A stretch of DNA of 64,000 nt from assembly GCA_012295275.1 (NCBI GenBank), contig CM022665.1, positions 8,246,001 to 8,310,000 of the forward strand. The letters are read 5' to 3'. Shown in pieces: positions 14,223 to 24,997 of this stretch; the first letter of the stretch is position 1; each line of letters starts with the position of its first letter. The notes below the pieces were generated by a model. The model searched no databases and had not been told where the DNA came from. It saw only the letters and a list, made by a program, of their open reading frames with translations. This DNA comes from Chrysomallon squamiferum (lineage: Eukaryota; Animalia; Mollusca). The position numbers were made by a program, and so were the translations under genes.

Positions 14223-14730
14223 GCCAATTTACACTCTTTTATTTACTTCTATAGTAAGTTATATATCAGTGTTCCATAATTATGTCTTTTTCATCTTAGC
14301 TTTTTATTATTATCTTCTGTTGCCAGCTTTTAAAAGTACCAATATTAAACGAAAAAATAAATAATAACAAAAAATCTGAAATTATGTTGCTGATTTAGAA
14401 CCATGTCTAAAAATATTCCGTTCCTTGTTTTAAAATAACCGTTTTTGGTATTTGTTCCATAATACTCTTTTTTTCTTTTTATGAAAAATGATCAGCAGTT
14501 ACATTATTACTGAATGACAGTTATTATTACTCAGTGGAAAATATTTTCAGTTTAAGAAAATGATATATAAGTAAAACTATGTTTTATAAATAACTCTTTA
14601 TTATTACAGAAAGAAAATGAAGGAAAAGGAAATGAAAAACGATTCTACAACTGACATACGTGCATTCTGGTTCAAGAAAGCCGAAAATAAAACGGCATTA
14701 GCAATAGAGAATCCAGCTTTCTCATCGTGA
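12835..14730 (+). CDS. Small type I membrane protein with a single thrombospondin type-1 repeat (~161 aa), 4 coding exons; absent from the ORF track
   Basis: Exons 12835-12913, 13353-13544, 14085-14178 and 14610-14730, all GT-AG, phases 1/1/2, 486 nt in frame. Translation: MNSVNWIFQGFVLSTSFLVSPSYAKNKETEWGEWEKVYVGTCTATCGKGTKLIKSYRQCNIPEKIPGETSCFGPSQKNDYASCQTTTKCPEAASLSSSKIVLIVTVITVSVMVAVAVVIFIRKKMKEKEMKNDSTTDIRAFWFKKAENKTALAIENPAFSS*. AATAAA at 14925. Confidence 0.85.
13353..13544 (+). CDS. TSP1-TM gene exon 2: thrombospondin type-1 repeat
   Basis: WGEW, CTATCGKG, RQC, SCFG, SC and KCP give six cysteines. Symmetric phase 1-1 exon, typical of shuffled TSP1 modules. Confidence 0.9.
14085..14178 (+). 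CDS. TSP1-TM gene exon 3: transmembrane helix
   Basis: Acceptor ttttatttaacAG, encodes EAASLSSSK-IVLIVTVITVSVMVAVAVVIFI-R, donor AG|GTGATA. Followed after splicing by the basic stop-transfer RKKMK. Confidence 0.8.
14610..14730 (+). CDS. TSP1-TM gene exon 4: cytoplasmic tail ending IENPAFSS
   Basis: Acceptor ttattacAG at 14608-14609, open in the phase required by exon 3, NPxF motif just before TGA at 14728-14730. Confidence 0.75.
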
Positions 14731-15045
14731 AAACACAACACGAAAAAGATGAGCAGTACATATTTTTACCTATGTAAAATAATTCCTTCTTACGTTTTAA
14801 GTTAGAATTGATGTTGTATATTCTTTGACAGACAAAAGTAATCTTTGTTAACGGTGACATGGTTTATTCACGTAGTTTCATAATTTGTCTCTTCAGTTCT
14901 TTAACAAATGGATATTTTGCCTTCAATAAAAAAGGAGCTTCCAGGTCCATGGACCAGATAGAAACAACTTTCGAGCATTTGATGAGCCTATACAAAATCA
15001 TGACACCTTGTTTTCTAGTCATTATTATTATTGTTGTTATTGTTA

Positions 15046-15076
<31 letters not shown>

Positions 15077-16165
15077 AATTATTATTATTATTATTATTTT
15101 AAAATACACTTGGCATCACTATTATACAACTTGTTATATCCATATTATACCATCTTAGCATTCATGTTCACAAGAAGTTAAAAATGGTGCGCAATTAACA
15201 AGTCAAATTTAACGAGTGAAAACGATGGATGAGTGGTCCATTGAATAATGGCAGCGGGATTTCTGTCCCTCCATCATAACAACTGTTCACAAAATACGCT
15301 GGAGTCATGTTGAAATTTTATTCATTCATTAGAGAATTACCAAAATAATTGACATTTGCTTTAGAAATTATAGTAATGACACTTTAATTTCACTTAATAA
15401 TAATCTTTGTATATCTTTGGGTTTTGTTCTTTATTTTTATTTTTATGTTTTTGTTATTTTTATTACTTAGATCGGCCGTTTAGGAGACATTTACTGTTAT
15501 GATACTGACTGATGTGAAACTTTTAAACATACTGAAAATTTCTGTTAATAACATTGTTAGACTGATATTGTTAGATTCGGATTTGTGTTAATTGTTCAGT
15601 AAATGTTTGCTGTTGTTAATTTTCAGGCTTGTTTGCATTTTCTGTATAATTATAATAAGATAAAAAGACATAGTACTACTACTACTACTACTACTATTAC
15701 TACTACTACTACTACTCTTGCTACTACTAGTACTACTAATATTCTTACCACCTCTACCACAACCGCCACTACCATTATAAACGTTGCTGCTGTTATTGCT
15801 ACTCTGCTACAACTGTCTAGAACACATTTGAAAACAGAGAAATGGTCCTACAGTTTTATACTTTTATATTCATCACACTTAACGAAATAAAAGGGTAAAG
15901 TATATTTTTATTTAGGACATTAAGTAATACGTGTTAAGACCATTATTAAAGTTGGTTATTTGAAATATTTCACAAAGAGAGTCGCGTTACAAATAATCAT
16001 ATACTTGTATATCGCTCTGCTTTGTTTTATAATGAATATAAGAATCAAATCCAGAAGGATGACATTTCTTCATGTGTTACCACAAGGGGAAGTAAGATGT
16101 AAATTCAGACTGCACTTTTAACATTTGATTTGGATAACGCAAGTTATAGTAATAAATTAATAAAA

Positions 16166-16217
<52 letters not shown>

Positions 16218-16427
16218 GAAGTAAATAAATAACAATAGTAGAATAATAATAAAAAAAAAAAAAAAAAAACAAACAACGACAATTAAAAAAAACCACAACC
16301 GTCCCCACAAGGAAACAATAAAAGAATAAAAAAAATAAAAAATAAACAAACAGTTTAAACGAATAAATAATAAATTTATAATAATCACTGGATAAATATG
16401 TTTATTTGTTTTCATTGAAAATACACA

Positions 16428-17498
16428 TCACCCGCATATATAAAGCTGTGGTGGAAAGTCATGACTCCATCTGATTGACTCAGAAGGAGGAACAATCTGG
16501 GTATGACTCATGAGCTCAGACAGGTTCTGCTCTATGCCCTTAAAAAACAAACGAACGTTAGGACACTGTCCAAGATTAATAGCCAGCAGTTTAGGACAAT
16601 CGACATCCAATCGGTGCATTTCGCAGCAACCGAACATATTAAGAAACTTCATGGGAGGAGCATCAATATCTACTTTGGTGATGCTGCGACACTTTTCCAA
16701 GTTCAAATAAGCTATGTTTGGACAACCCGTTAAAGCCATCTGCAGGGCATAGTTTGTCATTTGGCATCGATAGAGCACAACAGTTTTAGCTAATGGTGTA
16801 CTGACCATCAGCAGGTTCACCTTACAATCAAACAGGCGCAGAAAACCAATGGATCCAAGAGCATGTATAACGCAAGAATCAAGACTTAGTTGATCATCGC
16901 TGCAGAGGTTGAGTTCTATTGAGTCCACACTTACACACTGTATCGTCATTGTTTTCAATGCTGGCATTCCTACAAGAGTTACTTTGCACAGATGATTAGC
17001 TGTAATGTAGATGTGGTTCAGAGTGATGATGTCGTTCTCTGCTTCTGTGTGAAAGAATCGAAGTGTCGGACTTCTGATGTGGATGGCTTCACAAGCAAAA
17101 TCTGACAAAAGGCAGAGTTCTTGCAAGCTTGGGATAGTCAGTTCGTCCAGAAGAAGACTATCTTGAGAGACACAACCAATCTTCAAACACAGAATAGACT
17201 GATTGTTCCTAAGAGTGTCTCGCAAAGTTCGCATATCCAGCTCCTCACAGTTCGAAATTTCTAGAAAAGTAAGTTTCGATTTTTTGATATTGAGTGTACG
17301 TAGTACATTACTTCCGTTTATGGATGCCTTCCTTAACTTTGGACAGTCGAGTTCCATATGCTCCATAGATTCTAGCCCGTGGTCAATGATAACATGACGT
17401 ATGTCACGGCCGTCTACGCTGATAAAAAGAACATTCCACAGATTGAATAAATACAGTTTCTGGAGGGATCGTGATATTATACGGATTCCGTGAAGTTG
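16428..17498 (-). CDS. F-box/LRR gene exon 2
   Basis: 1071 nt open frame. Extends the listed ORF 44 codons upstream to a canonical acceptor. Confidence 0.9.
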   Translation of the reverse strand, partial: QLHGIRIISRSLQKLYLFNLWNVLFISVDGRDIRHVIIDHGLESMEHMELDCPKLRKASINGSNVLRTLNIKKSKLTFLEISNCEELDMRTLRDTLRNNQSILCLKIGCVSQDSLLLDELTIPSLQELCLLSDFACEAIHIRSPTLRFFHTEAENDIITLNHIYITANHLCKVTLVGMPALKTMTIQCVSVDSIELNLCSDDQLSLDSCVIHALGSIGFLRLFDCKVNLLMVSTPLAKTVVLYRCQMTNYALQMALTGCPNIAYLNLEKCRSITKVDIDAPPMKFLNMFGCCEMHRLDVDCPKLLAINLGQCPNVRLFFKGIEQNLSELMSHTQIVPPSESIRWSHDFPPQLYICG

Positions 17499-17778
17499 CT
17501 GAAATTAAAAATAAGAATTTTAAAATATTATATAAGATAAATGTAACTTTGTATGGCTTCGAAAAAGAGAAATTTAGTATATCAACAATATCGGTAGATG
17601 CTCTGTCAAAACCAGAAGAAACAAAAACGGAAAAAAATGTGTGTGTGTGTGTGTGACGAGCTTATCTGCAAAATGGCTTAGAGGCCTTTTATCACTTTTA
17701 AGGAAAACAAACAGAGAAAAAAAAAAAAATAATAATAATAATAATAAAATACATACATACATACATACATACATACAT

Positions 17779-17822
<44 letters not shown>

Positions 17823-18723
17823 AAATTAAAAATTAAAAGTATGTAAGCCCTTTTGTATAGTCAGTAAAGATTCATCGTTATTTACAGCGAATTAGGTTTA
17901 TCATCATGGAGCAGTGAGTACATGACTCAGTTTTGGCAAAAATAGATCTAAGCTCTTTTGCAACTGAGCTGTTCTTATGTGTATGTGTATGTGTGTGTTT
18001 ATGTGTCGGTCTGTTTGTCTCTCTGCATAAAAAATAATTGTACACGGATTATTATATACACCAGAATTTATCATGTTCTTATACACGCCGTCACTGAATA
18101 ATATGCAAAGTGTTGTTAACATCTATGGTTAACCCTGGAGCAATGAATGAATGCAACATCTGTCATCAGATTATAATATTTACATAAATTATTATAAATG
18201 TTTCTGTGTAAACTATACTCTAACTATTACAATGTTTTAAATATATCTAAAGAAAACATATTTGAATGCCTCATAATTCTTAATTCTCTCCACTTTAAGA
18301 TGAATCTAAATCATTGTTAATATTTTATTACTGTCATCATAATTCTGTTATTTTAACACGGTAGCTGGTACGTAATAATCGGTCAAATTATGTTTGAATA
18401 ATTAATTTTTCATATGGAATTATTAAACCAGAATTTGCAAATAAATTATTTAAAAAAAAAAAAATAGTATTTTTTTTTTTTTAAATAAATCAAAAATGAA
18501 ATAATAAAGAGTTATAATAACAATAATAATGCTGATGGATGTAGGGTGATGATTAATTCTGAAACAACATTATGTCATCAGTTTACTGGCGTTATAAATG
18601 TTTAAAATTCTTTTTACGTGTAACCTATTTTTATTACTTGCATAACATCACGTAGGAACATACGTAAAACTTGAAATAACGTGTGTACGCAATCAATAAT
18701 GTTAATGTTATTCCTTCATTGCT

Positions 18724-18785
<62 letters not shown>

Positions 18786-19202
18786 TCGTTCGTTCGTTGT
18801 GATTGTGTTTGAGTGCATGGTTTATGTTTCTCTGTATGAATGTTTTGGTTTCAGTTTGTGTGGGTGTGTGTACCTGTGAATTGCTTTGGTTGTCTTTGTG
18901 TGTATATCTAGTATATACGTGTTCATGTGATTATCTATTTTAGATTCGTTTATCAAATGAACATTTGGGTTTGAATGAATATAATTATGTCAGAATGTTT
19001 TTTAGTGTGATGGTTTTTGTTATAGTTCGTGTATGTGTGTATGTGTATGTATTTTTATTGAATCAGAATTAAAATATGCCCTTAAAATTTATTTATTTAT
19101 TAATCCATTTATTATTTATTAAAAGCAGCGAACGCATTACAACAATAGCATGGACGTATTCAGGGTACTGAATTCAAATTTGCACAAACACTTTACTTGT
19201 CT

Positions 19203-19247
<45 letters not shown>

Positions 19248-19707
19248 ATCATTTGAATAGCCAAATAATACTGTTAGGATAAATAAAAACGATAATAAAA
19301 TTAAAATGAATTCATGTATGTAAATAGCATGCAAACATGAATACATATATACATACGCACATAATGTATAAAACATACATGTATGCAAGTATATAAGCAA
19401 ATAATGTATGTTTATTTCTAGGAATAAATTCACTTGGTGGGTGCATATTTCAAAATACATTTAATTTTGGTTTTTGCTTGTGATGGGGGTGTATGGATAT
19501 CTCGGTGTATATAACTTTACGCTAACACCTGTGACATTTGTTCGATATCACCTGTAGCAGTATGTATATCACTGACGTCACAGAAATCAATAGAGAACAA
19601 ACAGTGTGCGAGAAATGGAACACCATATGCTATAGGTGTGGCATCTATGGTCTAAGTCAAGCAGATTACATCAGCATCGCCAATTCTGTGTCGCTGGATT
19701 AAGCACC

Positions 19708-19738
<31 letters not shown>

Positions 19739-19970
19739 TCTGAACTGTATTTATTGAATTCTGTTTTTTGTGAAGATTCCGTTCTCAACAAACTTAATAA
19801 ATAAATAAATAAATAAATAAATATTTTATTTTATTTTATTATTGTTTCTTTAGGTTTTTGTTGGATTATTTCGTGCAGCATCTGGGTTATTTGGAAGAAA
19901 TAAAACTTGTTATAGAATGAGTTACAAACTAATTCATTTGTTTTTCTCATTCATTATTTTGGCAAATAAC

Positions 19971-20012
<42 letters not shown>

Positions 20013-21395
20013 CGATAGTTTGCAAATTTTATAATGAACTGAAATATATATTCCTGTGTCAGTTATGGCTTTTATCTGACAAAAGATGATCAAGTGAATT
20101 CTTTATAGCACTTTCTGTTTCAACACTAAAAAAAGAAATATCAAAGACAATATCATTTTAAAATGAAAAATTACTTGATCTCTACAATTCAGTCACTGTA
20201 CTATGCTGGTTAGAACACTGGTTTGACGTTTTAACAGTTTTGCTCGTTTGATAATTTCTGGTTGTAGTCAAGGTCATATAACTGGGATATTTGCTTTTCC
20301 AGCAAAGCTAAAAGTAAAATAACACCGGAATATAATAGGATCCACTGATCACTTTTTCTAAAACCACTGTCTTATATATCAAAGGTTTCAGTAATCGATG
20401 ATAGAAACATAAATCAATATATTTGATATTGTTACGGTGAACAAACTGTATACTTTCAAGTAATGAATACTTTTATTATTTACACTATATACTTTCATGA
20501 TACCTGTGAATGTATACTAACGTAATACATGAAACTACATCACAATCGTACCTATTAGAACACTACCTACCTCACAGTTGCTGATACTAAGTTTCTTCAG
20601 GTGAGTCATTTTGTTAAGAAGATCCCAAAGCTCTTCCATTTCAAGGGGGACGAAATGTAGGCATAGCACGCCAATAAGTTTTGCATGGCAGTGATCTTTA
20701 ATACTTGTTACAATCTGACCACCTTCTCGCATTGCATGTTCACTTCGGACGTCATTGAGAGGAAGACCCGAGTTTATCTTCAGCTTCATTGTGTGTAGAT
20801 AGCTAAGTCCATTCATCAGTTTTTTAACTCCATCGTGAGTAATGCACCAGCATGCGTTCAGAGACACTTCACGAAGTTTGGGGAAGTATTCGACAATGCG
20901 CTCCAAATCTGTATCTCTCAGAGCAAAACCTCCGTTAATCTGAACCTGCTCCAAATTGGACAAAGTGTGAAGGCTTTCAACGACGACCCGGGTCCATAGG
21001 ATTGGAAGTCGCAATGATTTCAAGTTGCGAAGTCGTGGAATCAACGAAAACACACTTTCATATACTGGAGAATTTTCGCGCCATGACAGTTTCTGAACAT
21101 GGCTTCCATAGCAACGAAATATGGAACAGATAAGACTGAAGTGCCAGTATGAATATTTTGAAGGGTCAATATAAAGCGAACGCCAGAGGTATCCCGAGTT
21201 TTTCAAAACATGTTTCCACTTGAGACAAACGAACGCCAGAATGGGTAATTGATCTTCTATTGGATGAAAATAGCTAAATATTCGTCCCAAAATTTCTTCT
21301 GGAAGATCATTTATTTGTAGATGTTCTTGTCGACGTTCCATGTCTTGGACAGGCATGCGAATTACTTCCCCAAACATCATTGGCAACTCGGCCAT
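16428..21395 (-). CDS. F-box / leucine-rich-repeat protein (FBXL-type SCF substrate adaptor), 2 exons, ~631 aa
   Basis: Exon 1 is 21395-20571 (F-box INDLPEEILGRIFSYF...LAFVCLKWKHVL...LWRSL plus LRRs; donor GAG|GTAGGT). Exon 2 is 17498-16428 (acceptor tttcAG; QLHGIRIISRSLQKLYLFNLWN..., in frame with ORF 16428-17366; repeated LxxLxIxxCxxL and CPKL units). The phase-0 junction reads SISNCE|QLHG, completing an LRR. Confidence 0.9.
18726..18778. repeat. (GT)n microsatellite
   Basis: Perfect dinucleotide run in the F-box gene intron. Confidence 0.95.
20571..21395 (-). CDS. F-box/LRR gene exon 1
   Basis: 825 nt, F-box motif near the N-terminus, ends at the GTAGGT donor. Confidence 0.9.
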
Positions 21396-21579
21396 TACAA
21401 GACGTCCTCAAAGCATTTTATGAATGAAAATTACCAAAATATTTTGTTTTCTTTTCTGTCATCTACTCGAATCTTCCCACATGTTGCGGTACTACGTTCA
21501 CAACAACACAAAAATAACAGTTCTAAAGTCCATTCATAAAACGCCTACGCTTTAAGTACATGTTAAGATAGTAGCCAAC

Positions 21580-21700
21580 ATGTGACAGATGACGCAAGTG
21601 CATTCCAGTATGGCCGCTATTTCATTGGTGTATTTAAATAATGTCACAGAGTGACGTGGGCAGCATAATCCATATATTTCAAGACTGCCACGTGGTTATT
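21580..21700 (-). promoter_or_regulatory. Candidate proximal promoter of the F-box/LRR gene
   Basis: E-box CCACGTGG (21688-21695), CRE-like TGACGTGG and TGACGCA, and ATTGG lie 200-300 bp upstream of the ATG. Short motifs, so inference only. Confidence 0.3.
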
Positions 21701-21987
21701 ACCTGAGCTGAAAGGTTGACAATACAAATACCTGAAATTCAAGTATAAAATACTGAAACAGTCAGTAGCAATAGACCAATACAATACACATTTTATATCG
21801 ATTTCAAAGATAAATATGTAGCGTGTCCGCCGCTTATTCAACGTGGAATTTTCTGTACAACAGCTGTTCCATCCACGCAAAATGTCACATGATATTGACT
21901 GCAGTTGTTTATCGATCAGTTTTATGTCACACCAACATTTTTTTTTTTTGGTATTATATATATATTTATATATTTATTTATTTATTT

Positions 21988-22025
<38 letters not shown>

Positions 22026-22315
22026 TTATATATATGCAAGTAATCATACATCTGTTTAGGTTTAAACATACAGACATAAGCAACCACATACGGACGAGCA
22101 CACTGAAAGGGAACTGAATGAATAAAACTGACATAAATCTTCGTGTTCATTCATAGTAGATACTAATATACAGACACATCCACACTTGCAAAAGCACAAG
22201 CACTTACATATGCACATCAGTCTAGGTGTACTTCATCATATGCATTATTAAAACATTCATATGCAAGTGCTTTATTGCATATAATTATAGATGCATGTGA
22301 ATGTAAATAACAATA

Positions 22316-22351
<36 letters not shown>

Positions 22352-22590
22352 ACGTAAATGAGACTGAAACGTGACTGGGAGATGATATACACCTTTTGCA
22401 TTAACATCAGCAGTAATTTTCACTGCATACAATTTGTGAAGAATTAAAAATATATAGTGTCTGTATTCAGGCCTGAGAAATTGCACGTACTATTAAACAC
22501 ATTCAAATGTTAAATAATGAAAACAGTTAATGTTTTAAAATATTTATATAGGTCTAATGTGTGTTTGTGTGTGCATACGTGCATGTATGT

Positions 22591-22594
<4 letters not shown>

Positions 22595-22666
<72 letters not shown>
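22595..22666. repeat. (AG)n microsatellite
   Basis: Perfect run; source of the spurious RERERE ORFs. Confidence 0.95.
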
Positions 22667-22667
<1 letters not shown>

Positions 22668-23644
22668 ACTCGTTATTCAAACTATTATTTTCACAAATGT
22701 TGTTATTGTTGTTGTTGTCGTTGTTGCTGCTGTTGTTGTGCCATGTACACTCAGTGCAGCTTTAAGCAAAGTAGGGTTGTTTTGTGTGTTTTGTTGGCGT
22801 TGAGCAGTGTTTCGTTAACGTGGCTGTAATTTAATATTCAAACTACCTACGGTGGTACTATAATTTGTTTTGTTAATCTGTTATAGATTTAGATGATTTA
22901 AAAAAAAAAAAAAAATTATTTATTTTTATTTATTTATTTATTTATTGTTATTATTATTCTTTCTTTTCTTTTTTTTTTTTAAATTTTTCTAACATAAAAA
23001 TAACACACTTTTTTTTTTTTTTTTGGTTGTATTTCCACCATGAAACTAATTAGCAGCACAACAAAGCTGTGTGTGTTGACTGGTTTTGAAATGTTCTACG
23101 TTTATCTAGAAAACTCGATTTGCAAACAGGTTATATATTTTGAGAGGAGCGACTGATTATACATAGATTGTAAGGATTATTTCCCTTTTACTTATTTGTA
23201 GCTTCATAGATTCACGTCTTCTTCTTCTTTGTTTACTATTGCTCCTCTTTCTTTTATTTTTTAAAGTATGTTTTGCTGTTTATTTTTATTTTATTCATTA
23301 TTTAATTTATTTGTTAAGTGTACATTCGTCCTGAGAGGAACATTTTATTTTTTTAAATGTTTGTTTCTTGTGAAAAACAGATATTTTATATATATAATGT
23401 CCTTTAGTTTTAACGGAAGTGGCCACATTTAATGATTACGCGATGGTATTTATGGACCAAAGACAGCATTTTGCTGTTTTAATGTAGAAAATTGTTTTAT
23501 AGTCCGGAAAAGGCTCAGAAACGAGGTTCATGAAATTACAACTCCACTTTTTAAAAATGTAAATGTTATAAATCGTTGGATTAGGTAAATTTGCAACAAA
23601 ACAGTAGCCAGTGATGCAGATTGTATTTAATTTTATTTACATTA

Positions 23645-23690
<46 letters not shown>

Positions 23691-23867
23691 TTTTTTTTTT
23701 TTTTTTTTTTTTTTTCACAGGTATGTCGTTTTGTACAGCTAAACTGAGAGATAGATCATGGGGTAAGTTGGTAGGATCACAGCCAATAGAAAAACAGATC
23801 TCACGGGGACATTATTTCATTTATTTCCCGAAATTCGAGTGCTACGAATTAAAAGTCGTGAATCTAC

Positions 23868-24997
23868 TCCAGCTAGCACGTTTATACCATTAAACAACTG
23901 ACTTCACGTGGCATGCCAGTTCTGTTGATCCATTTGAGAATGTTCCACTATTACTATGAATAAAACTTTCCAGTCAAGAGAAATTACAACAGGAGCAATT
24001 AAAATATGAGTTTATATCAAAATTACAAACGTTTATTTCAGTTAAACAATTATACATGTAAAAAATACTTTTTGTCCTAGCAGCATTTGATGTTGAAAAT
24101 GAGTTTAAGAATTTTGAAAGAATTCCACATATATGGACTGCTAGGAAACTTGCAATATGTGGATGAAGAATCTGTTTCACAACTTCATTACAATTATCAA
24201 TGATTTTCACCATTTTTCTGATTTGCAAATGCATGATCAAGTGGAAAAAGGCTGTTTGAAGCTAAATGATGTAGACCACATGTATATACTGTGTGTATAC
24301 AGTCATTTAAAAGAAAAAAGACTGCAACTGTCACTGAAATTATATACTATAAATACATTTTTAAAGAGCAATATAAATTTGATGCATAAAATGTGATTAT
24401 GTATTAACCTTTTGTGGCACTATTTAGAATCAAGGATGACACTGATTTTAGTGGATTCTTTGAGAAACCTAGAATTTCTAATCGTGCGCAAGATGAATTA
24501 AAAGCAAATCCGCTGAAAAATTAATTTCAAAATGAAAAATAATTTAGCATGCCTATCTACATTTGTTGAAAAACAAAAATACATTAATAAATAAAAAACA
24601 AACCCCACGAAATTTCAATATATACGATGTATATAAAATATTTATCCATGGTGAAATCATATTTGTTTTTCAATTTCTGCGGGATGACAAAGCGAGAATG
24701 TGATCGCTGCTGCAAGTGCAAAACGGGCCACGTCTGCCCGATGTTGGCACTGTCTAGCAGTTGACTGAAAAGAAGTTAATTTTTGGTGCCTCTTATAGTT
24801 CATCAGATCTAAAATACCAAACTGAATATTATAAAATAATTTTTACTGCCATAAAATGCAAATGGTATTATTACCTTACACTTACAGTGTCGAAACTGAC
24901 CCAGAACTGGCTCTGAGGTGAAAAAATCGGGCCCTGATCATGCCAGACGAATGCGAGCTCTGGACCAGATGAGGGCCAGCTTTAGGGGTTAGCTGGG
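23868..24997. mobile_element. Possible degenerate non-autonomous DNA transposon
   Basis: Imperfect inverted termini tCCAGCTAgc (23868) and gtTAGCTGGg (24997), with a GC-richer subterminal block of short recurring ggcc/gccag/ctgg words. No transposase ORF. Confidence 0.3.

Noticed and set aside
14023-14364. 113-aa hydrophobic ORF in the track
   Set aside because: It overlaps the real TM exon (14085-14178) in a different frame and runs through intronic (TTA)n.
20535-20570. C-terminal VGSVLIGTIVM* of the 286-aa F-box ORF as a stand-alone gene end
   Set aside because: It lies after a consensus donor. Splicing to 17498 continues the LRR in frame.
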